Below, one piece after another: positions 9,557-17,791 of a stretch of DNA of 58,026 nucleotides. A program made the translations under genes and the position numbers. Location of the stretch: NCBI GenBank assembly GCA_934132925.1, contig CAKPAL010000001.1:1-58026 (forward strand). The letters are read 5' to 3'. The notes below the pieces were generated by a model that did no database searches, was not told the DNA's origin, and was given only the letters and a program-made list of their open reading frames with translations. Origin of the DNA: an uncultured Bacilli bacterium. Its GTDB lineage: Bacteria > Bacillota_I > Bacilli_A > RF39 > UBA660. Each line of letters opens with the position of its first letter. Position 1 is the stretch's first letter.

Positions 9557-10450
9557 ATGGAAATAGTTTTGATAGGAGTTATTATAATATTTATAATATC
9601 TTATCGTACAAAACAAGGTGAATCTGTATATAAGTTTATTTCAGAAACTGCTGTTAATACTTATAGAAAATTGGAACCTTACTCCTTTAAAGTAATGAGA
9701 GATAAAGTAAAAGAACTAGGACTAGAATATACACCTAGACAATACTTATTTCAAATACTAGCTTTTGCTGGATTATCTGGTGGAATAAGTTATCTATACT
9801 TTTATAATATATTTATAAGTGTCGGTTATATCTTAATAGCGGTATCTTTTATACCTTATATAACTTATTTAAGATGTAAAAGACAGTATAGTGAGTATTT
9901 ATTTGAACAAGTACAGGTATATTGTACTAATACGATAATGGAGTTTGCTACTACTGGGGCTTTTGTTAAGTCATTAGAGGGAGTAGTAGAATCAGGTATA
10001 TTGGAAGAACCTTTGGTATCTGATGTTAAGACAATGATAGCTTTATCTTATGAGAAGGGTGATGTCTATGATTCAATTAAGTATATGGATACTAAGTATC
10101 CATACTATATGGTTAAGAATATGCACCAATTATTCTTACAGGTAACTAAAGAGGGTGCTAAGGATACAGAAGAAACTTTTGAGAATATGTTATCTGATAT
10201 TGATATTTTAGTTGAAGGTGTATATAGAGATAGGACAGATAGAGCAGCCTTTCATAAGCAATTTATTACTTTTGGTGTTGCTTTATATGGTATGGTTGCA
10301 CTTATACAACTTTTGATAGGTCAAGAAACTTATATTGCTATGATAGATAATTTATTAATTAGATTATTTGTTCATGGGGTAGTAATAATTAATAGTTGTT
10401 TTCTCTTGAATGGAGAAAAATATTACAACGAGAATGTAGGTGCTGAATAA
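9557..10450 (+). CDS. tadB: TadB-like polytopic membrane protein (T2SSF domain)
   Basis: TM - cytoplasmic helical domain - C-terminal TMs, matching TadB/GspF-type platform architecture. Position follows the ATPase. Confidence 0.65.
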   Translation: MEIVLIGVIIIFIISYRTKQGESVYKFISETAVNTYRKLEPYSFKVMRDKVKELGLEYTPRQYLFQILAFAGLSGGISYLYFYNIFISVGYILIAVSFIPYITYLRCKRQYSEYLFEQVQVYCTNTIMEFATTGAFVKSLEGVVESGILEEPLVSDVKTMIALSYEKGDVYDSIKYMDTKYPYYMVKNMHQLFLQVTKEGAKDTEETFENMLSDIDILVEGVYRDRTDRAAFHKQFITFGVALYGMVALIQLLIGQETYIAMIDNLLIRLFVHGVVIINSCFLLNGEKYYNENVGAE

Positions 10451-11241
10451 TGTATTTAGAGCTTATTATAGTTACAGTTATTGTCTTCTATATATTTATT
10501 GTTAATAAGAAGATAAAGACTTCATTCTTTAGTAGTAATAGTAAACTATGTAATATTTTGAAAGAGAAAGATTATGATTTTCTATTAATTGCTAAATATG
10601 GTGATAGGGTATATGATCCTAATGAAGTATTTATGAAAAGAGTTAGAAATGGTGTTTTAATGGCTATTGGTTTAATATTTGTATTTATTTCTAATATGAG
10701 TTATTTAGCTGTTATTATTGCTTTAGTAATTGGTTATATAACTTTTAAGTATCAATATATCGGATTAAAAAGATGGTATAAAAGTCATTTGAATTATATT
10801 GATTCATTACTTCCATATTATTTGAAGACATTAGAGGTATTAATTCATCATTATACTGTACCAGTAGCTCTTGCTAAGAGTGTTGATGATGCTCCTGAAG
10901 TATTTAAACCAGGGCTTAAGAAAATGCTTAGTAAGATAGAGGCTGGCGATCAATCTATTGATCCTTATATGGATTTTGCTAAGGAGTATCCAGTAAGAGA
11001 TTCAATGAGAATGATGAGACTATTATATAGATTAGGGCTTGGTGAACAAGAAAAGAAGCATCAACAATTAGTATCGTTTTCTAGATCAGTATCTTCTCTT
11101 CAGGCTAAGGCTAGAGAAATGAAATACAAGGCTAGACTTGATACAATGGAAAAGAAAACTTTAGTAATGATGGTTGTTACTGGAGCAGGTTCTTTAATAC
11201 TATTATTGATTTCAATCTTTATGCTGATAACATCAGTATAA
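10450..11241 (+). CDS. tadC: TadC-like polytopic membrane protein (T2SSF domain)
   Basis: Same architecture as the preceding gene. The start overlaps its stop (TAATG). Confidence 0.65.
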   Translation: MYLELIIVTVIVFYIFIVNKKIKTSFFSSNSKLCNILKEKDYDFLLIAKYGDRVYDPNEVFMKRVRNGVLMAIGLIFVFISNMSYLAVIIALVIGYITFKYQYIGLKRWYKSHLNYIDSLLPYYLKTLEVLIHHYTVPVALAKSVDDAPEVFKPGLKKMLSKIEAGDQSIDPYMDFAKEYPVRDSMRMMRLLYRLGLGEQEKKHQQLVSFSRSVSSLQAKAREMKYKARLDTMEKKTLVMMVVTGAGSLILLLISIFMLITSV

Positions 11242-11295
11242 ATTTTTGGAATATATCAAAAAGAATAAAAAAATGTATATAAGAAAGAAGGTGAA

Positions 11296-11454
11296 ATGAT
11301 GAAAGAAGCAACTGGTGAGGTATCAATGACAGTTATTACGATTGTACTTTTAGTAGCTGTATTAGCTATTGGTATGTTTTTATTTGGTAGAGAGAATTCT
11401 ATTGGCAGAAACTGGATAGAGGATAAATTCAATAATATGATGTATCCAAAATAA
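11296..11454 (+). CDS. flp: Flp-like pilin candidate (52 aa); not in the supplied ORF track
   Basis: The RBS AAGGTGA precedes tandem ATGs at 11296 and 11299. Translation: MMKEATGEVSMTVITIVLLVAVLAIGMFLFGRENSIGRNWIEDKFNNMMYPK, i.e. a short polar leader ending in Gly, a hydrophobic helix, then a short tail. It occupies the canonical flp position between tadC and tadE. It lacks the classical G/xxxxEY motif. Confidence 0.5.
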   Translation: MMKEATGEVSMTVITIVLLVAVLAIGMFLFGRENSIGRNWIEDKFNNMMYPK

Positions 11455-11482
11455 TGATTAAGATTAAAGTGGGTGAAAATTA

Positions 11483-11929
11483 ATGAGAGATTCAGTTGGT
11501 GGAACATTTATGATATATGTGCTTATTGTCTTTCTAGCTGTTTATATTGTCTTTGTAGCAGTAGCATTTAATTATGCTAGGGCATTTAGAGTAAAAGATA
11601 AAATAATGGATATTATCGAACAGAATGAAGGTATTAGTGATTTTAGTAATACTTCAGGAGAGATTGGGCAAATAGAGTCTTATTTGAATAAGATATCATA
11701 TAGAGTAAATGGTATAAGTGAAAGTAAATGTAGTGGTTTTGATTATATAAATGAAGAAAGAGGTTATTGCATAGCTAAAAAGACTAGCAGTGGTCAAATT
11801 GATGATAGTATTACTAATGAATACTATAAGGTTAGAACTTTTGTTTATATAGAATTTCCATTTTTAAAATTACAATTTACTATACCTATAAATGGTGAAA
11901 CTAGAAGAGTAGATAAGATTACTAGTTAA
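11483..11929 (+). CDS. tadE: TadE-like pseudopilin
   Basis: N-terminus MRDSVGG-TFMIYVLIVFLAVYIVFVAVAF has a short leader, Gly, then a hydrophobic helix, followed by a ~110-aa globular part. It lies directly after the flp candidate. Confidence 0.5.
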   Translation: MRDSVGGTFMIYVLIVFLAVYIVFVAVAFNYARAFRVKDKIMDIIEQNEGISDFSNTSGEIGQIESYLNKISYRVNGISESKCSGFDYINEERGYCIAKKTSSGQIDDSITNEYYKVRTFVYIEFPFLKLQFTIPINGETRRVDKITS

Positions 11930-11946
11930 AGAAAGGATAAAAAGTT

Positions 11947-12948
11947 ATGGATACAGTAGTAGCAAATAAATATAGTAGTATATTAAATGAACTTAATATA
12001 GAAGTATCTAAAAAAATAGAGGGTGAGTTTGAAGCAAGTGAAATTATTAATACTTTTCAAAATTACTTCTTTAATAAAATGTTTTTAGATATTACTGCAA
12101 TTAAGAATTATAAAGATTTAACTAATTTGCAAAAATTATCAATGGGTATTAATATGGATAAAGTAATACTTCTTTTAGATGCTGAAGATCCTATAAGTGA
12201 TTCTAGTTTCTTTCTATCTAAATTAGTAGGTATGGGAATATATAATTTTACCAAAGATAAGAATAATTTAATGTATCTATATACTAATCCTAATCTTTAT
12301 AGGGATGTTGCTTATTTACAAAATGTCTCATTAAGTGAAGAACATAAGGAGTTATCTGGTAATCAGTCAGTTCAAAAGAGGGTTTTAGGTATTAAAAATG
12401 TTACAGATTCTGCTGGTGCTACTAGTTTGATATTTATGCTTAAAAAAGTATTAAATGAACAATATAATGTTATGGCTTTAGAATTAGATAAGAGAGATTT
12501 TACTTATTTTAATGATAAGAATATGATTAGTATTAGAGAAGCAGAATTGGAAAGTAATATAAATAGATATAATGCGGAAGTATTTTTAGTTGATTTAAAT
12601 AATGTTAAAAAGGAGTCTTCTTGTACTGATGTGTTGTATTTGGTTGAACCTTCTACTTTGAAATTGAATAAGTTAATGACAATTAATCCAAGAATACTTA
12701 ATGAACTTAGAGATAAGAAAGTAGTATTAAATAAGAGTCTTTTATCAGAAGATGATATTGCTGATTTTGAAGCAGAATCAGGAATAAAGGTATTCTTTAA
12801 TATGCCTCCAGTTAATGATAAGAAGGATAATAGCAAGAAATTGTCAAAATTACTTGGTATGCTTGGTTATGTAAAAGTAGTTAGTACTGATGATGAAGAG
12901 GAAGATGAAAAGAAAAAAAGCATTTTTGATTTATTTAGATTTAAATAA
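11947..12948 (+). CDS. tadZ: TadZ/CpaE-like ParA/MinD-fold protein with degenerate P-loop
   Basis: The C-terminal half follows the ParA/MinD strand pattern (RVLGIKNVTDSAGATSLIF...VMALELD...VFLVDLN...VLYLVEPS...VVLNKS). The Walker A position reads KNVTDSAGATS rather than KGGxGKT. A ~145-aa N-terminal domain resembles the TadZ receiver-like domain. Confidence 0.5.
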   Translation: MDTVVANKYSSILNELNIEVSKKIEGEFEASEIINTFQNYFFNKMFLDITAIKNYKDLTNLQKLSMGINMDKVILLLDAEDPISDSSFFLSKLVGMGIYNFTKDKNNLMYLYTNPNLYRDVAYLQNVSLSEEHKELSGNQSVQKRVLGIKNVTDSAGATSLIFMLKKVLNEQYNVMALELDKRDFTYFNDKNMISIREAELESNINRYNAEVFLVDLNNVKKESSCTDVLYLVEPSTLKLNKLMTINPRILNELRDKKVVLNKSLLSEDDIADFEAESGIKVFFNMPPVNDKKDNSKKLSKLLGMLGYVKVVSTDDEEEDEKKKSIFDLFRFK

Positions 12949-12969
12949 AAAAAGTGTATATATTTTACA

Positions 12970-13006
12970 AAGATAAAAGTAAAATAATTGACTTTTATCT
13001 TTTTTT
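12970..13006 (+). terminator. rho-independent terminator ending the Tad-like operon
   Basis: AAGATAAAAGT - 10-nt loop - ACTTTTATCTT (11 bp) followed by a T-run. Confidence 0.7.
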
Positions 13007-13016
13007 AGTGTATGAT
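12988..13016 (+). promoter_or_regulatory. sigma-A-type promoter overlapping the terminator
   Basis: TTGACT - 17 nt - TATGAT, 25 nt upstream of the ATG at 13042. Confidence 0.55.
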
Positions 13017-13041
13017 ATATTTAGATTTAAGGAGGGAAATT

Positions 13042-13374
13042 ATGTATTTATTAGCAGGAACAGATATTTGTGGTAATCCTAGCTTAGCACCTTTATGGAA
13101 TATTGTAGGAACAGTAATAAATATTATTTGGATAGGAGTACCTATATTATTAATTATATTAGGGTCTATTGATTTAGGTAAAGCAGTAATTTCAAGTAAA
13201 GAAGATGAAGTTAAGAAAGCTAAAAAATCACTTTTAAATAGACTTATTTATGCTGTACTTGTTTTCTGTGTAGTTTGGATTGTTCAAATAGTAATGGATG
13301 CAATTAGCAAAATTGGTATTGAAGGAACAGATACTACTTCATGGGCAAATTGTTGGAAACAAATAAGATCTTAA
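13042..13374 (+). CDS. VirB2/TrbC-like two-TM hairpin (pilin-like) protein, free-standing copy
   Basis: I prefer the ATG at 13042 (RBS AAGGAGGG) over the track start at 13012. The 110-aa protein has two TM helices flanking a basic loop (KAVISSKEDEVKKAKKSLLNR), with Cys near both termini. It is clearly homologous to the C-terminus of the 14599 ORF. Confidence 0.55.
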   Translation: MYLLAGTDICGNPSLAPLWNIVGTVINIIWIGVPILLIILGSIDLGKAVISSKEDEVKKAKKSLLNRLIYAVLVFCVVWIVQIVMDAISKIGIEGTDTTSWANCWKQIRS

Positions 13375-13387
13375 TTATAAATATTTT

Positions 13388-13414
13388 AGAAATCATGAAA
13401 AAATGATTTCTTTT
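13388..13414 (+). terminator. rho-independent terminator (copy 1 of a duplicated hairpin)
   Basis: AGAAATCAT-gaaaaa-ATGATTTCT followed by TTTT. Confidence 0.7.
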
Positions 13415-13452
13415 GTTAATTGATGTAAAATAGAAATAATGGAGGTGCAGTA

Positions 13453-13713
13453 ATGGAAAATAACAAATTAGTAGTTAATGGAGAAAATGGTAATAAAATT
13501 ACTTTAAATGTTATAGATATTATAGCAATCAAGGAATTAAATAAAGAATATATTATATATACAATCGAAGGAGATAGTAGTGATAATATATATGCTTCAA
13601 TTTTTGTTGAAGATGAAACTTCATATACTATCAAGACAATAGAAAATGATGATGAATGGGAAATCGTTCAAAATATAATTAATGAGATGAGTTCAAAGCA
13701 AGAGGGGGATTAG
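13453..13713 (+). CDS. DUF1292-family small acidic protein
   Basis: The 86-aa translation (...ITLNVIDIIAIKELNKEYIIYTIEGD...IYASIFVEDETSYTIKTIENDDEWEIVQNIINEM) fits the DUF1292 pattern. Confidence 0.65.
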   Translation: MENNKLVVNGENGNKITLNVIDIIAIKELNKEYIIYTIEGDSSDNIYASIFVEDETSYTIKTIENDDEWEIVQNIINEMSSKQEGD

Positions 13714-13716
13714 GAA

Positions 13717-14454
13717 ATGTATAGTACAGAGCAACTATTAGATATGTTAAACAAAAAGTTAGAAGATTATAAATTGGAAGCTACCGAATTAGAAGAAGCT
13801 GCAGATAAATCAGTTAATCCAAGTGAATATAGAATGACAGTAGAATATATTAAAAATAAATATAAAACTGCTGAAAAAATAAAGTATATAGAAAATGTAA
13901 TATCAAATACTGAAAAAAGAATGAATAATTTGCAAAGTATTGATAATAATATTGGTTCAAATATAAGAGATAAAGCAATAATTAGAAATCTTGGATATAT
14001 GCATAGTGGAAGTCAAGAAAGAATAGCAAGATTAAAAAACAAAACTGGATTAATTCAAGAAAAGCAAAGAAAGTTTGCTGATAAAAAATATAATATAATA
14101 ACAAGGCGAATAGAAAAACAAGCTGAAATATCAGGTGAATTAAAAAAAACTCATATACAAGAACATAATACACAAGAACAAATTGATGATATACCAGATA
14201 AAATAGAAAATTATGAACAAAAATTGGATGACTGGAGATCGTTAGGATTATTTGGATTATTTAGTGGTAAGGAGTTACCAAATTTTGTGAAAAAGACTTT
14301 AGTTTTTGGCTATACTGTTAGTAGTTATGCTAAAAAATCTGTTTTGTGTGCTCGACTATTAAGATTAAAAAGTAAGAAGGCAATTTATGAAGAAATAAAC
14401 AAAAGAGTTCTTTATCGTGAGGCAAATATAATAAATAGTGGAAAAGTAAAATAA
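13717..14454 (+). CDS. coiled-coil protein of unknown function with a hydrophobic C-terminal segment
   Basis: 245 aa, K/E/Q-rich with a heptad-like composition; LGLFGLFSG segment near the C-terminus. It starts 4 nt after the DUF1292 gene. Confidence 0.55.
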   Translation: MYSTEQLLDMLNKKLEDYKLEATELEEAADKSVNPSEYRMTVEYIKNKYKTAEKIKYIENVISNTEKRMNNLQSIDNNIGSNIRDKAIIRNLGYMHSGSQERIARLKNKTGLIQEKQRKFADKKYNIITRRIEKQAEISGELKKTHIQEHNTQEQIDDIPDKIENYEQKLDDWRSLGLFGLFSGKELPNFVKKTLVFGYTVSSYAKKSVLCARLLRLKSKKAIYEEINKRVLYREANIINSGKVK

Positions 14455-14505
14455 TTTTAATACTTTTTATAATATGTATAATTGTTATTGAAGATGATAT
14501 TTAAA

Positions 14506-14535
14506 AGAAATCATAAAAAAATGATTTCTTTTTTA
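14506..14535 (+). terminator. rho-independent terminator (copy 2 of the duplicated hairpin)
   Basis: AGAAATCAT-aaaaaa-ATGATTTCT followed by TTTTT. It differs from the copy at 13388 by one loop base. Confidence 0.7.
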
Positions 14536-14598
14536 CTTTTTGTATGCTATAATTAGGTTATAGTGATTTATTGTGCTTGATTGGAGTGAAAAAGTAAA

Positions 14599-15642
14599 AT
14601 GAGAAAGAAAATATTATTAAGTTTAACTATTATTATATCAATGATTGTGGGTGTTAATAGTGTTATGGCTGCTACTGAACTTACTTGTGTTTACAAGAAA
14701 GGAGTTGCGGTTTTTGGGCAACCTGCTGTTAAAATTGTTCAATATGATGATGGTACTAAAAAAGTATATATAAATAAGAAAGAAAAAGAACCAGATGTTG
14801 ATAGTGAATCATGGCTTTCTGCTTCAAGGGCAAAAGTTACTGAGGAATTGTCATCTTGTCCAAAATATATAAATTATAAAGATGGAACAGTTATTTTTAA
14901 TAAAGAAAAAAAATCTGGCTATACGGAATTAATTAAAGAATCTAATACAATACCAGAAGTTGATAAAACATATTCAAATATTCATGATATACCTGATATA
15001 AAAAATACTACTTGGTTGAAAGAATGTACATACAGAAAAGTTGGTGGAGATGATTATATTTTCTTGTTTTTTAATAATGATAAAATGAAGTTATTTCATG
15101 GTATTTCTGATGTAACCGAAACTGTTGGAAATCATGCTATTGGTATGACATCAAATGATATTAAACTTGATGATTTGCTAAAGACTTATAATAAAAGCAA
15201 TTCTTGTCCGAATGCTGTATATATTAATAGTAAAATATCTTCAGGTTTTACTGCAGCAACTATTACAACTTATTCATTAAAGAATGATAATGGTGCAACA
15301 TTTTTACTTAATAGGACACAAAATGGAGAAAGTACATCTGAAGATCCTGTAGATGATGATTCATGTGATTTATTTGACAAAGATTTAATAGATTTTATTA
15401 ATAAAATAATGCAATGGATAAGAATATTCGTTCCAATTTTATTAATTGGTTTAGGAATATTGGATTTTACAAAGGCAGTTTTTTCAAAGAGTGAAGATGA
15501 TATGAAAAAATCAAGAGAGAAATTTATTAAAAGGGTTATAGCAGCGGTAGCAGTATTTTTGGTTCCGATGTTTGTTAATTTAATTTTAGATTTAGCTAAT
15601 AGTGTATGGAGTTGGATTAATCCAAATACTTGTATTAAATAG
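14599..15642 (+). CDS. secreted two-module ectodomain fused to a C-terminal VirB2/TrbC-like hairpin
   Basis: Signal peptide (...NSVMA). Two ~100-aa modules each carry C...SCP.(Y)IN. The C-terminal ~95 aa (15349-15642) align with the 13042 protein (VPILLIgLG.lDftKAVfSksEDdmKK...). Confidence 0.6.
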   Translation: MRKKILLSLTIIISMIVGVNSVMAATELTCVYKKGVAVFGQPAVKIVQYDDGTKKVYINKKEKEPDVDSESWLSASRAKVTEELSSCPKYINYKDGTVIFNKEKKSGYTELIKESNTIPEVDKTYSNIHDIPDIKNTTWLKECTYRKVGGDDYIFLFFNNDKMKLFHGISDVTETVGNHAIGMTSNDIKLDDLLKTYNKSNSCPNAVYINSKISSGFTAATITTYSLKNDNGATFLLNRTQNGESTSEDPVDDDSCDLFDKDLIDFINKIMQWIRIFVPILLIGLGILDFTKAVFSKSEDDMKKSREKFIKRVIAAVAVFLVPMFVNLILDLANSVWSWINPNTCIK

Positions 15643-15655
15643 GAGGTGAATAATT

Positions 15656-17443
15656 ATGTTTAGTTTGGATATTATGTCTTCAATAAGGGATTCGTTGAGA
15701 GTTTTGATGCTTGAAATATGTAATATTGTATATAGATTGATTTCTTTTTGCTTTTCTATTTTTGAATCGTTGGGAACAGCTGAAATAATAACTAATGATA
15801 AAGTACAAGCAATTTTTAGTAGAGTTAGTTTAATACTTGGCTTATTTATGGTGTTTAGAATTACATTTGCATTTATCGAATATATTATTGATCCAGATGC
15901 TATGTCTGATAAGAAAAAAGGTGCTGGTGCAATTGTAAAAAAGGTAATAATTGTTATTGTTTTGCTTGGAAGCACTTCATCTCTGTTTAAACTTGCTTTT
16001 CAAGCACAGGATATAATTGTAAATAATGATATTGTTTCTAAAGTTATATTTGGAACAAAAAATACTGATAAAGAAAAGTTTGGCTCTGAATTAAGTTATG
16101 AGGTTTTTTCTGCTTTTTATAGAATGAATGATAATGATGTTTCTAGTGAAACATCTATGTATAAAGAATGTAAAGATATAATGGATAATTGGTTAGCAGA
16201 AGATATGAGAGAGAATAACGGAAGTTTGGATTTGGCCTATGCTTGTCTTAATGAAAGAGCAAAGTATGATATTAATGGTGAAACTAAAGAAGAATATATA
16301 ATTGATTTTGATGGTGGCGGTGTTTTGGCATTAATTATAGGAATTATTGTTTTATATGTTATTGTGATATTTACTATTCAAGTTGGTGTTAGAGTTATTC
16401 AATTAGCATATTTACAAATAATCGCTCCTATTCCAATAGTAATGTATTTAACTCCAAAGGGTGATGATACTTTAAAAAAATATGGAACTCAATGTATGAC
16501 TACTTTTGTTGATTTCTTTTTAAGAACTGCAATAATATATTTTGCTGTTATGCTTATTAAAGAGCTTTGGGGAAATGGTAATTTGATTGGTAATGTTTTG
16601 AATGCTAATTTGTCAGCCACTGGATGGCCTGCATTGTATGTGAAGGTTATTATGATATTGGCAATATTAGTATTTGCTAAAAAAGTGCCAGCATTATTGA
16701 AAGAAATTTTCCCATCTCTTGGTGGGGCAGCATCATTTGATTATGGGTTAAGTTTCAAGAAACAGGTTGTAGAACCTTTAAAAGCGGCATATAATAGTCC
16801 TTTGGGATGGGGATTAAAACTGGGAAAAAACATGGCAACTTCTGCTATAACAGAGTATGATAGAAAAAAATATAATTTACCAAAATCTAGAAATAAATGG
16901 CAACAAAAACTTGACAAGTTAATGCCAGGACGTGCAGAGGCTATTAAAAATGTCACCGAAGGTGCAAAAGAGGTTAGAGATATTGATGATAAATGGAATG
17001 ATGGAGTTAAAATTGCTAAAAAATTTACTGCAGCAGGATTTGGTCTTCATGGAAGTGGTCCGAATGGTTGGGATAAAGCATTGGATGGTACAACTAAAAG
17101 AAATTATCAGATTATATTTAATAGTGATGAATTTATAAATTCAAAAATGACTTTAGATAAAGCAAAAAAAGAAATGGAAAGATTGAGAGATGGATTGCTT
17201 CAAGTTCAAAGTGGTGGAACATTTACTTTTGGTGGTGTTACATATAATTCAAGTAATGTAGCTAATTTATCTGATAAATATAATTCTCAAAGTGGCGTTG
17301 TTTCAGGCTTAGAAACAGTTCACAATAGTCTTAGAAAACAATATGCAGATGATGCTGCTACAGAAGATAAATTTAAATTTGTCAAAAATAATCAGGCAAA
17401 CCCTGCTGAACCAAGCCATACTCATACAACTGAAGGTATTTAA
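15656..17443 (+). CDS. VirB6/TrbL-like polytopic T4SS channel protein
   Basis: 595 aa with at least 6 predicted TM segments and a ~200-aa hydrophilic C-terminus. Strong RBS AGGAGGTG. It lies between the pilin-like and VirB3/VirB4 genes. Confidence 0.55.
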   Translation: MFSLDIMSSIRDSLRVLMLEICNIVYRLISFCFSIFESLGTAEIITNDKVQAIFSRVSLILGLFMVFRITFAFIEYIIDPDAMSDKKKGAGAIVKKVIIVIVLLGSTSSLFKLAFQAQDIIVNNDIVSKVIFGTKNTDKEKFGSELSYEVFSAFYRMNDNDVSSETSMYKECKDIMDNWLAEDMRENNGSLDLAYACLNERAKYDINGETKEEYIIDFDGGGVLALIIGIIVLYVIVIFTIQVGVRVIQLAYLQIIAPIPIVMYLTPKGDDTLKKYGTQCMTTFVDFFLRTAIIYFAVMLIKELWGNGNLIGNVLNANLSATGWPALYVKVIMILAILVFAKKVPALLKEIFPSLGGAASFDYGLSFKKQVVEPLKAAYNSPLGWGLKLGKNMATSAITEYDRKKYNLPKSRNKWQQKLDKLMPGRAEAIKNVTEGAKEVRDIDDKWNDGVKIAKKFTAAGFGLHGSGPNGWDKALDGTTKRNYQIIFNSDEFINSKMTLDKAKKEMERLRDGLLQVQSGGTFTFGGVTYNSSNVANLSDKYNSQSGVVSGLETVHNSLRKQYADDAATEDKFKFVKNNQANPAEPSHTHTTEGI

Positions 17444-17467
17444 AAATAAAAAGGAGTGTGATACATA

Positions 17468-17791
17468 GTGAATGGTTATTTAGTACCTGCTAATGCTAAA
17501 AGGGGTACATTGATATTTAATATGTTTAGACCTATTGATTTGATAATGTTTGGTGTAGGTGCTGGTTTATCTTTGTTACTTTTGATGATAGTTCAATCAG
17601 ATAGTACAGTACTTGTATTATTATCTTGTTTACCTGTTGGTATAACTGGGTTATTAGTAGTACCTATACCTAATTATCATAATGTACTTTGCGCATTACA
17701 GAGTGTATTAAGGTTCTATAAAGAAAGAAGAAATTATATATGGAAAGGTTGGTGTTTTTATGACGAGCTTGCAGACAACAGTAAAAAATAA
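17468..17791 (+). CDS. PrgI-family (VirB3-like) small membrane protein
   Basis: 107 aa. N-terminus ...VPANAKRGTLIFNMFRPIDLIMFGVGAG followed by two TM helices, immediately upstream of VirB4. Confidence 0.55.
   Translation: MNGYLVPANAKRGTLIFNMFRPIDLIMFGVGAGLSLLLLMIVQSDSTVLVLLSCLPVGITGLLVVPIPNYHNVLCALQSVLRFYKERRNYIWKGWCFYDELADNSKK

Noticed and set aside
11256-11507. 83-aa minus-strand ORF from the track.
   Set aside because: It lies antisense to the RBS-preceded Flp-like ORF and to the start of the TadE-like gene. The translation is low-complexity I/L/F/N/S-rich, typical of antisense frames in AT-rich coding DNA, and it has no RBS.
13012-13041. Track start of the pilin-like ORF (MIYLDLRREI...) and, similarly, the track start at 20872 for the VirB8-like ORF.
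   Set aside because: The upstream extensions overlap the -10 box or the preceding gene and lack an RBS. Internal ATGs at 13042 and 20914 have strong Shine-Dalgarno sequences at proper spacing.
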